Source: Candidatus Bathyarchaeota archaeon
GTDB taxonomy: Archaea; Thermoproteota; Bathyarchaeia; 40CM-2-53-6
DNA length: 32,000 nt
Direction: 5' to 3'
Assembly (NCBI GenBank): GCA_963833125.1
Contig: CAWHWX010000028.1
Span: 97,985 to 129,984, forward strand
Numbering within the stretch: the stretch's first letter is position 1; every line of letters begins with the position of its first letter. The position numbers and the translations under genes were made by a program. The notes below the pieces were generated by a model that did not search any database, was not told the origin of the DNA, and worked only from the letters and a program-made list of their open reading frames with translations. This document shows, piece after piece, positions 1 to 9,200 of this stretch.

Positions 1-15
1 TACATCAACTGCCGG

Positions 16-444
16 TTAGACATCGCCTATAGCCTGTAGGACAACATCTCGTCGTGACCTGGGTCCGTCCAACTCGACGAAGAAAATATTTTGCCAAGTC
101 CCTCGGATGATTTTGTGGTTCATGATCGGAAAGGTCTTCGCATGTCCTAGGAACGCTGATGCGAGATGCGAATCAGCATTATCATCTATTGCGTTATGGG
201 AGTACGCCGCAGATTTTGGGAACAACGTTTCAATTTTGTGCAGCAAATCATCAAGTAACCCTGTCTCATGTTCATTCGCGATTATCGCAGCTGTTGCATG
301 AGGGACGCTGACCATGCAAATTCCATCTCTTACACCCGACTCGCGTACAAATAATTCCACATCAGACGTAAGATCGATTAACTGCCTTCTTCCCGAGGAT
401 TTCAGAGTCAGCACTTTGTTTACAACCACCAACCCATCACACAT
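16..444 (-). CDS. YjbQ/UPF0047 family protein (secondary thiamine-phosphate synthase-like)
   Basis: 142-aa ORF. The translated stretches SVPHATAAIIANEHE, DDNADSHL and GTWQNIFFVELDGPR match the conserved blocks I recall for the YjbQ family. Confidence 0.7.
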   Translation of the reverse strand: MCDGLVVVNKVLTLKSSGRRQLIDLTSDVELFVRESGVRDGICMVSVPHATAAIIANEHETGLLDDLLHKIETLFPKSAAYSHNAIDDNADSHLASAFLGHAKTFPIMNHKIIRGTWQNIFFVELDGPRSRRDVVLQAIGDV

Positions 445-586
445 CCCTCGGCACCAAGACGACTAAGTCAGCGATAATCATACCGAAATCGACAAATACG
501 CAGCATGAGAATGGAAGGGTTAGGCAAACGACCCGACAGGTAACTCTACGTAAGAAAACATTGCTCGACTAGGAGGTGACAGATGC

Positions 587-919
587 TTGGCACAGGATGA
601 GAGCTCTTCCGGCGCGAAGGAGCCGATGCACGCAAGGGAACCTATCCCACCAGATACAATTTTGATCGGTAAGAAACCGATTATGGCTTACGCGACAGCG
701 ATAATGATGCATTTGCAGACCGGAGCGAAGACACTTACAGTAAAGGCGAGAGGACGAGCCATTAGCACGGCAGTCGATGTTGTTGAAGTCACCCGCAGAA
801 GATTCTTCGCTGGAAAACTGGCAATCAGGGAGATCAGCATCGGCACTCAGGTAATAGGTGAAGCCGGAGACTCAAGGAACGTTTCGACAATCGAAATCAA
901 ACTGGAGAAGACCGGTTAA
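587..919 (+). CDS. albA: Alba DNA/RNA-binding chromatin protein
   Basis: 110-aa ORF with IGKKPIMAYATAIM...KARGRAISTAVDVVEV...STIEIKL, the typical Alba fold signature. A GGAGGTG lies about 8 nt upstream of the TTG at 587. The alternative ATG start is at 626. Confidence 0.8.
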   Translation: MAQDESSSGAKEPMHAREPIPPDTILIGKKPIMAYATAIMMHLQTGAKTLTVKARGRAISTAVDVVEVTRRRFFAGKLAIREISIGTQVIGEAGDSRNVSTIEIKLEKTG

Positions 920-1263
920 ACCGCATCGCGCGGCACTCCGATTGGCGTAACCCCCCCAGCTTTTGTTTACATCTGGGTATTCTCAGGTCGAATTCCGAAG
1001 GTTAGTCGGTTCGCTGAAGGGTTTTTGGTAATCAACGAACTCAACACTTAGGATTAGTGTTTCCAACGAGCGTATTCTTCCCTACACTGCGTGGAATCAG
1101 AATAGCGAGCTCTTCGAGATCGTCAATGATGATTGTGAGAAATCGGTTTCGATGACTCACCTATTCTTGACAGTTTTCTTTAATGAAATTTGAATAGTAT
1201 TCGTTCGAGTACGCAGAACAAACACCGGGAATTGTTGCAAGCACAAAAGTGGAGAATGAACGA

Positions 1264-1905
1264 ATGGACCACAGTTTCCTAAACGACTGGGATACAGAGT
1301 CAAGAGAGCCAGTAATCTCGAAAGTTGGAGCTCATTTCCACCATAAGGTATCAACGAAAGAACAAGTTTCTTCGGCGCTCTACAGGCTCAAAACTCAACA
1401 AAACAAACTGGAATCAGCAGCTGTTAGAATGCAGCAACATGACAAGGAAATTTTCAATAAATGTGTCAGTTCCCAACTCACCCATGATACTGCACGAGCA
1501 GCAATGTACGCGAACGAGTGCGCAGAAGTGCGAAAGATGGCGAAAGTGACTTTACAATGCCAAATGGCGCTTGAACAGGTATCACTTCGACTAGAAACGA
1601 TCGAAGAGTTCGGCGACGTCGCTCGAATGATGCTTCCCGTAGCCAACGTGGTGCACTCGATCAAGAACCAGATCTCAGGCGTAATGCCTGAAGTTGGCTT
1701 TGAACTTGGCCAAATTGGCGAAGTACTCAGCGGCGTAGTAGACGACACAGGTGAAGTCACAGGATCTGCATATGATACCGCCGCTCCCACCGAGGAAGCC
1801 AACAGAATTCTAGGAGAGGCCAGCACGATCGCTGACCAACACATCAGAGACAAATTCCCGGAACTGCCAACCCAGAGAATAGGTGAACACGGAATCTCAC
1901 AATAG
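1264..1905 (+). CDS. cdvB: CdvB-like ESCRT-III (Snf7 family) protein, paralogue 1
   Basis: Helical protein with the block AAMYANECAEVRKMAKV...LEQVSLRLETIEEFGD, shared with the two other paralogues in this window. The acidic C-terminus ends in FPELP. The ORF opens at a GTG at 1249; the first ATG is at 1264. Confidence 0.8.
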   Translation: MDHSFLNDWDTESREPVISKVGAHFHHKVSTKEQVSSALYRLKTQQNKLESAAVRMQQHDKEIFNKCVSSQLTHDTARAAMYANECAEVRKMAKVTLQCQMALEQVSLRLETIEEFGDVARMMLPVANVVHSIKNQISGVMPEVGFELGQIGEVLSGVVDDTGEVTGSAYDTAAPTEEANRILGEASTIADQHIRDKFPELPTQRIGEHGISQ

Positions 1906-1917
1906 GATAGGGTTAGG

Positions 1918-2601
1918 ATGAGTATCACTGTAGAAGAAATCGGCAAGTACCTCGGGCAATCGGTTCAAGATATGATGGGCCGACCTACAGGAAAACTGGT
2001 CGGTCTTACAGCCGACGTCAAGAATGACGTCCAATCTATTCAAATAGCCCGAACTGAGGGCGACGTCACTGAACACGCAATCAACTTCGTTAGGATCATT
2101 GACGGACATCCTATTCTCCTACAAGCGTGGCGCATCGAGGCCGAGGATCTGAAGAAAGAACATGACATCATAAAACGCAGACGACAAGCAATTGACTTAC
2201 TACTCAAGGACGGAGACATCGACCAATCCGAGTACAATCAGTTACGCAGTGGCTACGAGGACATCCACAAAGACATCATTACAAAACGTGACAGCCTTGT
2301 AGAGACATTGACAAACACTGAAACGAAACTGGACCAACAGATCAAGGACCTAGAAACCGCATTAACCAATAACAAAATGCTCTACACAGTTGCCGAAATC
2401 GACGCAAGCACATATCAGACAGTAACGGAATCCGTACGAGCAGGCCTAGAAATTTCAAGGAAAGAAAGAAAGGACCTAGATAACACCCGCGAATCTCTGC
2501 ACGACATAGGCTCGCTAGAAACTCCACAGATACCGAATCAATCCTCGGCCCCGAATTACATCCCTGACGTCGTCGTAATCAAAATGCGCGAATCAGCTTA
2601 A
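1918..2601 (+). CDS. cdvA: CdvA cell-division protein (PRC-barrel N-domain, coiled coil, C-terminal beta-strand tail)
   Basis: 227 aa. N-terminal GKYLGQSV..GRPTGKLVGL...HPILLQAWR is PRC-barrel-like, followed by a long heptad-rich helical region and the C-terminal tail IPDVVVIKM. It sits between cdvB genes and upstream of vps4. Confidence 0.8.
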   Translation: MSITVEEIGKYLGQSVQDMMGRPTGKLVGLTADVKNDVQSIQIARTEGDVTEHAINFVRIIDGHPILLQAWRIEAEDLKKEHDIIKRRRQAIDLLLKDGDIDQSEYNQLRSGYEDIHKDIITKRDSLVETLTNTETKLDQQIKDLETALTNNKMLYTVAEIDASTYQTVTESVRAGLEISRKERKDLDNTRESLHDIGSLETPQIPNQSSAPNYIPDVVVIKMRESA

Positions 2602-2612
2602 GCAACGGGGAT

Positions 2613-3407
2613 GTGACTGCCTTCTCTATCTTCAGGAGAGTTGAAGACAAACTGCACCCTGTGCCCTTGAAGGAGCGAATCGTACACGCTTCATTCAGGC
2701 TTCACGCACAGCTAGAGAAACTAGACCACATGTACGCTAAACTCCACCAACGAGATACTGACCTTTTTCAACGGTGCGTTGGGGCCCAGGCTTCAAACGA
2801 CCCCGGACACGCGAAAATTTACGCTAACGAGTGTGCGGAAATCCGGAAGATTGCAAAAGTGGTACTCTCAAGCCAACTTGCGCTTGAGAGAGTAATCCTC
2901 CGACTGGAAACGGTTGGGGAATTCAGTGAGGTCATGGTGGAAATAAGTCCACTCATGTCCATTGTGAAGGAAACAAAATCGAAGATCTCTGGCATAGTTC
3001 CGCAGGTTGCGACAGAGCTCGACGAAGTGAACAACCTGCTCGGAGATTTGACGGATGAGGCTGGCGACGTCTCGACTAATAATTTCACGATAGAGACTAA
3101 CGATGACGAAGCGAGGAAGGTCCTTGAGGAAACCGGCCTAATTGCGGAGCAAAAAGTTCGTGACCATTTCCCCGACCTATCAGCAATCGAATCCAGTCCA
3201 CCAGCAAAGATGGATGCCATTCCGGAATTCGCAACAACGATTCCCGATATGGAGGCTGGAATCGAAGATAGAGTCTACGATTATGCACGGAAACACAACG
3301 GTGAGCTGAGCATACATTCTTGTGCACAAGATATTGGTAAATCTCCTGAAGAAGTGAAAACCGCTATTCAAAGGCTGAGGGACACAGGGAAGGTCGCACT
3401 CGAATAG
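2613..3407 (+). CDS. cdvB: CdvB ESCRT-III protein with C-terminal winged-helix domain
   Basis: 264 aa with a GTG start. The Snf7-like core contains KIYANECAEIRKIAKV...LERVILRLETVGEF. A roughly 55-aa C-terminal extension (RVYDYARKHNGELSIHSCAQDIGKSPEEVKTAIQRLRDTGKV) reads as a winged helix. Only this paralogue has it. Confidence 0.85.
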   Translation: MTAFSIFRRVEDKLHPVPLKERIVHASFRLHAQLEKLDHMYAKLHQRDTDLFQRCVGAQASNDPGHAKIYANECAEIRKIAKVVLSSQLALERVILRLETVGEFSEVMVEISPLMSIVKETKSKISGIVPQVATELDEVNNLLGDLTDEAGDVSTNNFTIETNDDEARKVLEETGLIAEQKVRDHFPDLSAIESSPPAKMDAIPEFATTIPDMEAGIEDRVYDYARKHNGELSIHSCAQDIGKSPEEVKTAIQRLRDTGKVALE

Positions 3408-3427
3408 CCGAGCGAAGTGATCGTCTC

Positions 3428-4570
3428 ATGCAGGTCTCGGCATCTCAAGAACTCGAACTAATGGCAGCTAAGTTTGCGAACGAAGCTGTACAGTTTGATA
3501 GGCAAGGCGTGCGGTCTAATGCCATCTCACGTTACGAACGCACTACTGAGATTCTGCTGAAACTATGCAGCCTGTATCCCGAGGCCCCCCAAAATAAGCT
3601 CTACATGCAACAAGTTGAGAACTGCAAGCGTAGAGTGAAGGAGCTCAAAAACGGAGACGTTCCGCTAGACGAGAGAGATAGCTCCCAAGCTAAGATTCAA
3701 CCAAAGCTAGAACAATTGATACTTACTGAGAAGCCGGATGTAAAGTGGAGCGAAATAGCGAACTTACACGACGCTAAGAAAGCAATAGAAGAATCAATAG
3801 TCTTCCCGTTACGACGCGCCGACCTCTTTCCACTCGGTTGGCCAAGAGGAATTCTGTTCTTCGGACCGCCGGGTTGTGGCAAGACACTACTAGCCGCAGC
3901 GATAGCTACCGAGATTGACGCTGTATTCTACAGTGTAGACGCCCCGGCAATAATGTCAAAGTGGTTGGGTGAATCTGAAAAGAACGTGTCGGGTCTTTTC
4001 GCGTCCGCTCATAGAAGCGCCGCTGATGGTCACCCAGTAATCATATTCATTGACGAAGTAGATTCGCTCGTGGGAATCAGAGGCGACGAGGTAGGGGGCG
4101 AAGTTAGAACCCGAAACCAGTTCCTTCAGGAAATGGATAGCATCCTCGACAAAAAGAACCCGAGCCATGTCTACATTATAGGTGCAACAAACAAGCCCTG
4201 GGCTCTAGACGATCCGTTCATTCGCAGATTCCAGAAACGAATCTACGTTCCTTTGCCAGGTCCAGAAGCGAGGCGGGAAATGTTCGACATTTACGCTAAG
4301 AACCTGAAGCTTGCCAGAGATGTTGATCGGGAACTTGTCGTCGAGAAGACGAACGGGTATTCAGGGAGCGATTTGCGTGATATATTCCAGGGAGCTCAGA
4401 CTCGGGTCGTCCGAGAGTTTTTCGAAAATGATGCTCTCGGAACTAAAGGTCAGGCCCGTCACATAACGATGGACGACTTTAGGGAGATCCTAATGAGACG
4501 CAAGCCAAGTGTCTCACCGCAAATGCTCGGTTTGTATGATAAGTGGTTTGAAACTTACAAAGCGCTTTGA
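3428..4570 (+). CDS. cdvC: Vps4/CdvC AAA+ ATPase with N-terminal MIT domain
   Basis: 380 aa. Walker A GPPGCGKT, Walker B IIFIDEVD and second region of homology ATNKPWALDDPFIRRF are present. The N-terminal helical domain is MIT-like and the C-terminus ends in WFETYK, which is Vps4-like. Confidence 0.95.
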   Translation: MQVSASQELELMAAKFANEAVQFDRQGVRSNAISRYERTTEILLKLCSLYPEAPQNKLYMQQVENCKRRVKELKNGDVPLDERDSSQAKIQPKLEQLILTEKPDVKWSEIANLHDAKKAIEESIVFPLRRADLFPLGWPRGILFFGPPGCGKTLLAAAIATEIDAVFYSVDAPAIMSKWLGESEKNVSGLFASAHRSAADGHPVIIFIDEVDSLVGIRGDEVGGEVRTRNQFLQEMDSILDKKNPSHVYIIGATNKPWALDDPFIRRFQKRIYVPLPGPEARREMFDIYAKNLKLARDVDRELVVEKTNGYSGSDLRDIFQGAQTRVVREFFENDALGTKGQARHITMDDFREILMRRKPSVSPQMLGLYDKWFETYKAL

Positions 4571-4584
4571 GGAGAAAATAAAGA

Positions 4585-5082
4585 ATGTTAGATGCAATAG
4601 ACTACAAGATCTTGGCGGAACTGGTCGACAATTCGAAGTCGTCGTTCGCTGAGATTGGCCGCAAGTTGAGCCTTCACCCAAACGTAGTAGCCTACAGAGT
4701 GAACAAGCTCGAAAGAAGTGGCGTAATCAAGGATTACACCGCTGGCTTAGATCTTGAGAAACTAGGAGTCGCCGAACAGATTCTCGTAGGGGCAAGCTTT
4801 CCACGCGAGGCTGGCCGCGACGACATAATCGACAAGATCGCAGCCATCCCGCAAACAGTCAAAGTTGTGAGCTCTCTCGGTGAACCTGAAAGCCTTGTTT
4901 TCCTAGTCGGAAAGAACAAGACCGAGATAGAGAAATTGATGACCAAACTCAGGTCCTTGGACATTAAAATTCAGTACACGGGTTCGATAATACGAACCTT
5001 TGAGGAAGGCAGACTGGGGAACTTCCTCAAAATTCTCGCTCGTGAACACGAGACAGCGGAAATTCAGAACAGAACATTATGA
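4585..5082 (+). CDS. Lrp/AsnC family transcriptional regulator
   Basis: 165 aa. LDAIDYKILAELVDNSKSSFAEIGRKLSLHPNVVAYRVNKLERSGVI is an HTH_AsnC-type motif, followed by a RAM/ACT-like C-domain. It starts 14 nt after the vps4 stop and ends 16 nt before the next cdvB. Confidence 0.9.
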   Translation: MLDAIDYKILAELVDNSKSSFAEIGRKLSLHPNVVAYRVNKLERSGVIKDYTAGLDLEKLGVAEQILVGASFPREAGRDDIIDKIAAIPQTVKVVSSLGEPESLVFLVGKNKTEIEKLMTKLRSLDIKIQYTGSIIRTFEEGRLGNFLKILAREHETAEIQNRTL

Positions 5083-5098
5083 AGGGGTGATAGATAGA

Positions 5099-5704
5099 AT
5101 GTTCAAAGAAAGAACACCATTATCCAAGAAGATTAGGGAGGCTATACGACCCACACCAATGAAGAGACGCATAAGCGAATGCCTCTTCAAACTGAAGATG
5201 CAAGAACGAAAACTTGAGAGAACCTCATACCACATGCAACAACACGACCAAGCACTCTACGGCAAGTGCGTCCTTGCAGTCCAGGGCAAGAACACCGAAC
5301 TCGCATCCATGTACGCCAACGAATGCGCAGAGCTAAGGAAGATGGCTAAGGTAGTATTACACAGCGAACTCGCATTAGAGCAAGTAACTCTTAGACTGGA
5401 AACCGTGAACGAATTCGGCCAGGTCGCATACACCATGCTACCAGTCGTCGGTGTCGTGAGGACTTTGAAAACACAATTGGAAGGAGTACTACCTGAAGTT
5501 TCAATGGAACTATCACAGGTAAACGAAACATTAGAAGGGCTAACAGTGGAAGTCGGCGAGGCAACTGAAAACACCTTCGACATGTCGGCTTCAAGTGGAG
5601 AATCGCAGAAAATACTTCAGGAAGCAAATTTCGTTGCCGAGCAAAAGATGAAGGAGAGATTCCCGGAGCTCCCGCCAATACCTACCAGCGAAGCACGCGT
5701 CTAA
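5099..5704 (+). CDS. cdvB: CdvB-like ESCRT-III (Snf7 family) protein, paralogue 3
   Basis: The track ORF 5000..5704 overlaps lrp, so the ATG at 5099 (MFKERTPLSKK) is the sensible start. The core contains SMYANECAELRKMAKV...LEQVTLRLETVNEFG and the C-terminus is FPELPPIP. Confidence 0.8.
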   Translation: MFKERTPLSKKIREAIRPTPMKRRISECLFKLKMQERKLERTSYHMQQHDQALYGKCVLAVQGKNTELASMYANECAELRKMAKVVLHSELALEQVTLRLETVNEFGQVAYTMLPVVGVVRTLKTQLEGVLPEVSMELSQVNETLEGLTVEVGEATENTFDMSASSGESQKILQEANFVAEQKMKERFPELPPIPTSEARV

Positions 5705-5734
5705 CTTTACTTCAGAAACTCCTCCCTTTCGCCC

Positions 5735-5749
5735 TTTTCTATTATTTTT
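5735..5749. terminator. T-rich tract between convergent genes (possible archaeal oligo-T terminator)
   Basis: The sequence ttttctattattttt lies in the 57-nt gap between the cdvB stop (5704) and the stop of the minus-strand glycosyltransferase (5762). Confidence 0.3.
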
Positions 5750-5761
5750 CGGGTACCGAAC

Positions 5762-7063
5762 TTATGACGGTATTCTCTGAAACGGAAACATGAAGATGAA
5801 AATGTAGACTACCACAGCCAAGTAGAAAATCACTACGATCTTTGGGAGCTTGGTATCGGCTATCATATACGCGATCGCAGCGCAGATGGCCGGCACGGCG
5901 GGGAGGAAGTAGAATAGGTATGTAACTCGTTGTCCAAAGATTACTGCGGGGTAGAAGGGAAGGTAGGTTAAGGAAAACAATGCTATTGCGACAAGGCTAA
6001 GGTCGTCGCGTCTTTGATAGTAGTTGTAGGAGCAATACAGTAGAGCAGGAATCGTCAAGAACGAGATTGCTGGGTTCATGGCGCCGAGGAAGCTCACTGA
6101 AACGTAACTGCTGCTCGTTCCTCCAGAGCTTTGTTGAACGCTTACCCTCAGGTATGGAATGGTAAGTTGATTCAATAGCCACTGCCACGGGCAACTCACG
6201 ATTCCGCTTGGGCAGGATGAGGTGAGTGCTGCTGAGTAATCGAGTATGTATTTGATGTGATCGAGGGGATTGGAGAAACCGACGAAGTATCGGTCCATTA
6301 TTGTCAGTAGAATGATGAAGACGATAGCGTATGTCGCGGTGTATTTCTCAAACCAGGAGAAGAAATCTCCCCACTTCTTTCTCTTCGTCGGATCATTCAC
6401 GAATCTGACCAAGTGGATGCCGATAATCAGCGCAAACCCCGCGAGTCCTGTTTCCTTGCTCAACGCGCTTAGTACCATTCCTACTGCGCTGAGGTACGGG
6501 TGACCCGCAAAATACCAGTAGATGCCCAGCAGCATGAATCCTACGGCAAAGATATCCAAGACCGCGATTCTGCTGTGAACGAAAGCCAAGTTATCGAAGG
6601 AGAAGAGGAATACGGAAATTATTGGGATGGCCTCTTGCTTCGATACCTTCTTCATTAGAAGGTAGAGTGCCAGAATCGATATCGAGCCGAAGATTACGCT
6701 GGGAATCCGCCACCCAAATCCATTGTTGCCTATAATCGACATTGAGAGAGCAATCAACAACTTGGCCAATGGCATATGTTCGTGGTTAGGGTCGAGGCCT
6801 TGTGGAACGTTGACGTAGGGTGGCTGTCCGTTTGCCCCTACACTTTGAGGGATGTGCAAAATGACTCGGGCGACGTTTACGTAGTACCATTCATCGAAGA
6901 CCAAGGATCCTGGTGGTCTATCCAACCATATGACACGTAAGATGATATCGACGATGAAGAGAATTAGGAAGAGACGGTCGTAGAAGTTGCCTAGGCTCAG
7001 GTCTAGGTGGAGATAGCTTCTGATGTCGGGCCAAGTGATTTTTGGAGAGGATTTAATGGACAA
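5762..7063 (-). CDS. GT-C fold membrane glycosyltransferase (PMT/ArnT-like dolichyl-phosphate-sugar transferase)
   Basis: 433 aa with at least 10 predicted hydrophobic helices. An acidic DEWYY motif follows the first helix, as in PMT/GT39-GT83 enzymes. The proposed TTG start lies 4 nt after the argS stop. Confidence 0.6.
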   Translation of the reverse strand: MSIKSSPKITWPDIRSYLHLDLSLGNFYDRLFLILFIVDIILRVIWLDRPPGSLVFDEWYYVNVARVILHIPQSVGANGQPPYVNVPQGLDPNHEHMPLAKLLIALSMSIIGNNGFGWRIPSVIFGSISILALYLLMKKVSKQEAIPIISVFLFSFDNLAFVHSRIAVLDIFAVGFMLLGIYWYFAGHPYLSAVGMVLSALSKETGLAGFALIIGIHLVRFVNDPTKRKKWGDFFSWFEKYTATYAIVFIILLTIMDRYFVGFSNPLDHIKYILDYSAALTSSCPSGIVSCPWQWLLNQLTIPYLRVSVQQSSGGTSSSYVSVSFLGAMNPAISFLTIPALLYCSYNYYQRRDDLSLVAIALFSLTYLPFYPAVIFGQRVTYLFYFLPAVPAICAAIAYMIADTKLPKIVVIFYLAVVVYIFIFMFPFQRIPS

Positions 7064-7067
7064 TCGT

Positions 7068-9011
7068 CTACATCCTTTCGCTTAGCTTGATTCCGAGCAG
7101 CTCCATTGAGTTCCGAAGCACGACTTGGATTGAGGCGACTAGGGCGGCTCTCGCATTCTTAACTTGCTCGTCTGCGTGTATAACATCTACCTTTTCGTAG
7201 TATTCATGAAACTTTTCAGCGACGGCACTGGCGTACGTAGCCAACTCTTCTGGTTTCAACTGGTCTGCTGCTTCACAGAAGGCTTCCGGGAGTTGGGCTA
7301 TCTTGAAAAGTAGAATGTGTTCGAGTGGGTGAGTGAGAAGGGAACAATCGGGATTGTTTGGTGCCTTCCCTAGCTTTCTCAGAATGCTCCCTGCTCTTGT
7401 ATATGCGTAGTTTATGAACGGTGCACTGTTCCGCTCTAGGCTGAGAACCCGATCCCATGTGAAAGTCAGGTTCTTCACGCTATTGACACTGAGCATTGCA
7501 AACTTAATCGCACCGTAAGCTATGTTGCGTATTATGAGCTGAGTCTCCTCAGAACCCATTTCTTGTTTTCTTTCCGCTAGGGTTTGATCAACTCTGACCT
7601 TGGCTTGATCGACCACTTCGTCGAGAGTGATGAAATGTGCTCTTCTCTTGGACATTTTCACACCTGGCAATTCGACGAGGCCGTAAGCAAAGTGAATCAT
7701 GTTGAATGCTGCCTCCTTCTCTCCGAGTGCGTAGAGGGCAAGGCGAATCTGAAGTTGGGGTAGGGTCTGCTCACTCGCAATGACGTTGATGACTCGGTCA
7801 GAGTCCTTGAATTTGACTAGGGAGTAGGCTATGTCGCGTGTGGGGTAGAGGGTTGTTCCGTCGCTTCTTACTAGGGTTAGGTGTGGAACCTCGTAGTTGG
7901 GGGAGAGCCCAAACTGTTCCCTGAGATCATAAGCCTCCACAATCGCGTTTGGATCCAAAACCAGTGAAGCACCCTCTGGCTTGGTGAAGGGCAGTTGTGT
8001 CAGTTTGCTCAATGTCTTCTTCACCAAACCGTCCCAGAGGAGCTGGCTCTCCCAGTCCCATTTGTCGAAGTCTATGTCGATCTCGTGCAGAGACGTCTTG
8101 ATTCCTTCGAGGCATCGTTCGACCATTGTTCGAATAAGGTTGGTAGTTTCTTTGTCATTTTCCTCATACTTGCGGCCCAACTCCTGAATTGCCTTCTCCG
8201 GGTCAGCCTCGACCTGAACCGCCTTCACAACCTTCCCCAACAGTTCTTTGTTTATGGATTCGAGTTCGGCTGCGATGCCGACCCATTCGTCGAGATTAGT
8301 CTGAAGCTTCGCCCTTTCGTCGGTTTGGTCTGGTCTAAGTGTTTTCAGTTTGCGTTTGGTGGTTTCGATTTGGACGGCGCAGTTTGTGCATGCGTAGAGG
8401 CGTCCGAACCAGTGGTCCGCCTTCCCTTGGGGTTCGGGTCGGTTTATGAGGTGGTAGCCGTAGGCTAGAATCGAGACCTGTCTTCCAACATCATCCACAT
8501 AGAACCGTCTGATCACAGAGTGCCCTCTAGCCTTGCATAAGCGTGCCAATGCGTCGCCGAGGATTGAGTTTCGTGCCGTCGCCATCGTTACAGGCCCAGC
8601 AGGGTTTGAGCTTGTGTGTTCAACCGAGACTCTTCGCGGTTCAGCAATTTTCACTAATCCGTAGGTTTCGTTCTCGACGGAGACAGGGTCGAGGATCAAC
8701 GGTCCCGCCTTGGCATAGTTTAGCCGGAAGTTGATGTAACCCGAAGCATCCTCCACCGCTGCGATCAAAGACCTCTCATTCAGTTTGATCGCGCCACGAA
8801 TTTTGCGAGCAACATCTTGAGGTGCAAGCCCCTCCTTACGCGCGATCTCGTGCGCAACCGATGAGGCCAATTCCCCGAACTCCAGCGACCCCGGGACCGT
8901 GAGCCGCCGCTGTCCCCCAGATGCTTCCGGGTAGGTAGTCGACAACGCGGCGTCCAGAGCTTCCATACACTCCGCTCTGAACTGCTGTAAGACGATAGGC
9001 AAAGCGACCAA
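7068..9011 (-). CDS. argS: Arginyl-tRNA synthetase
   Basis: 647 aa. HTSSNPAGPVTMATARN is a HIGH-region variant typical of ArgRS, MSKRR is KMSKS-like, and the C-terminal anticodon-binding region contains PFINYAYTR. The start is TTG at 9011 or an internal ATG. Confidence 0.95.
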   Translation of the reverse strand: MVALPIVLQQFRAECMEALDAALSTTYPEASGGQRRLTVPGSLEFGELASSVAHEIARKEGLAPQDVARKIRGAIKLNERSLIAAVEDASGYINFRLNYAKAGPLILDPVSVENETYGLVKIAEPRRVSVEHTSSNPAGPVTMATARNSILGDALARLCKARGHSVIRRFYVDDVGRQVSILAYGYHLINRPEPQGKADHWFGRLYACTNCAVQIETTKRKLKTLRPDQTDERAKLQTNLDEWVGIAAELESINKELLGKVVKAVQVEADPEKAIQELGRKYEENDKETTNLIRTMVERCLEGIKTSLHEIDIDFDKWDWESQLLWDGLVKKTLSKLTQLPFTKPEGASLVLDPNAIVEAYDLREQFGLSPNYEVPHLTLVRSDGTTLYPTRDIAYSLVKFKDSDRVINVIASEQTLPQLQIRLALYALGEKEAAFNMIHFAYGLVELPGVKMSKRRAHFITLDEVVDQAKVRVDQTLAERKQEMGSEETQLIIRNIAYGAIKFAMLSVNSVKNLTFTWDRVLSLERNSAPFINYAYTRAGSILRKLGKAPNNPDCSLLTHPLEHILLFKIAQLPEAFCEAADQLKPEELATYASAVAEKFHEYYEKVDVIHADEQVKNARAALVASIQVVLRNSMELLGIKLSERM

Positions 9012-9200
9012 CTTTCCGAGTTAATCTGCTGACCCAACAGCGTACGTTTATTTGCTTAAAATTCGTTCGCTGACGAAGTCTGAGTACGCACCGGACGATT
9101 TTCTTGTCCTCGGATTATTTGTGAAATATCCAGTTGAGATTAGGTTTGAGATGGTTCTAAATCCCCACTCTTATACAGTCTGAAACCGTCTTTCATCAGA

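Noticed and set aside
1120-1175. Possible C/D-box sRNA (ATGATGA at about 1125).
   Set aside because: No CTGA D or D-prime boxes occur at the required spacing and there is no terminal stem. A single box match is expected by chance.
1395-1946. Long antisense ORFs inside the cdvB genes (1395..1946, 2819..3220 and 5257..5583 on the minus strand).
   Set aside because: Their translations are low-complexity and Ser/Thr-rich with no recognisable family. The opposite strand encodes three mutually similar Snf7/CdvB proteins. These are mirror ORFs caused by codon bias.
7995-8468. 157-aa plus-strand ORF inside argS.
   Set aside because: It is fully antisense to a clearly recognisable ArgRS and has no family resemblance.
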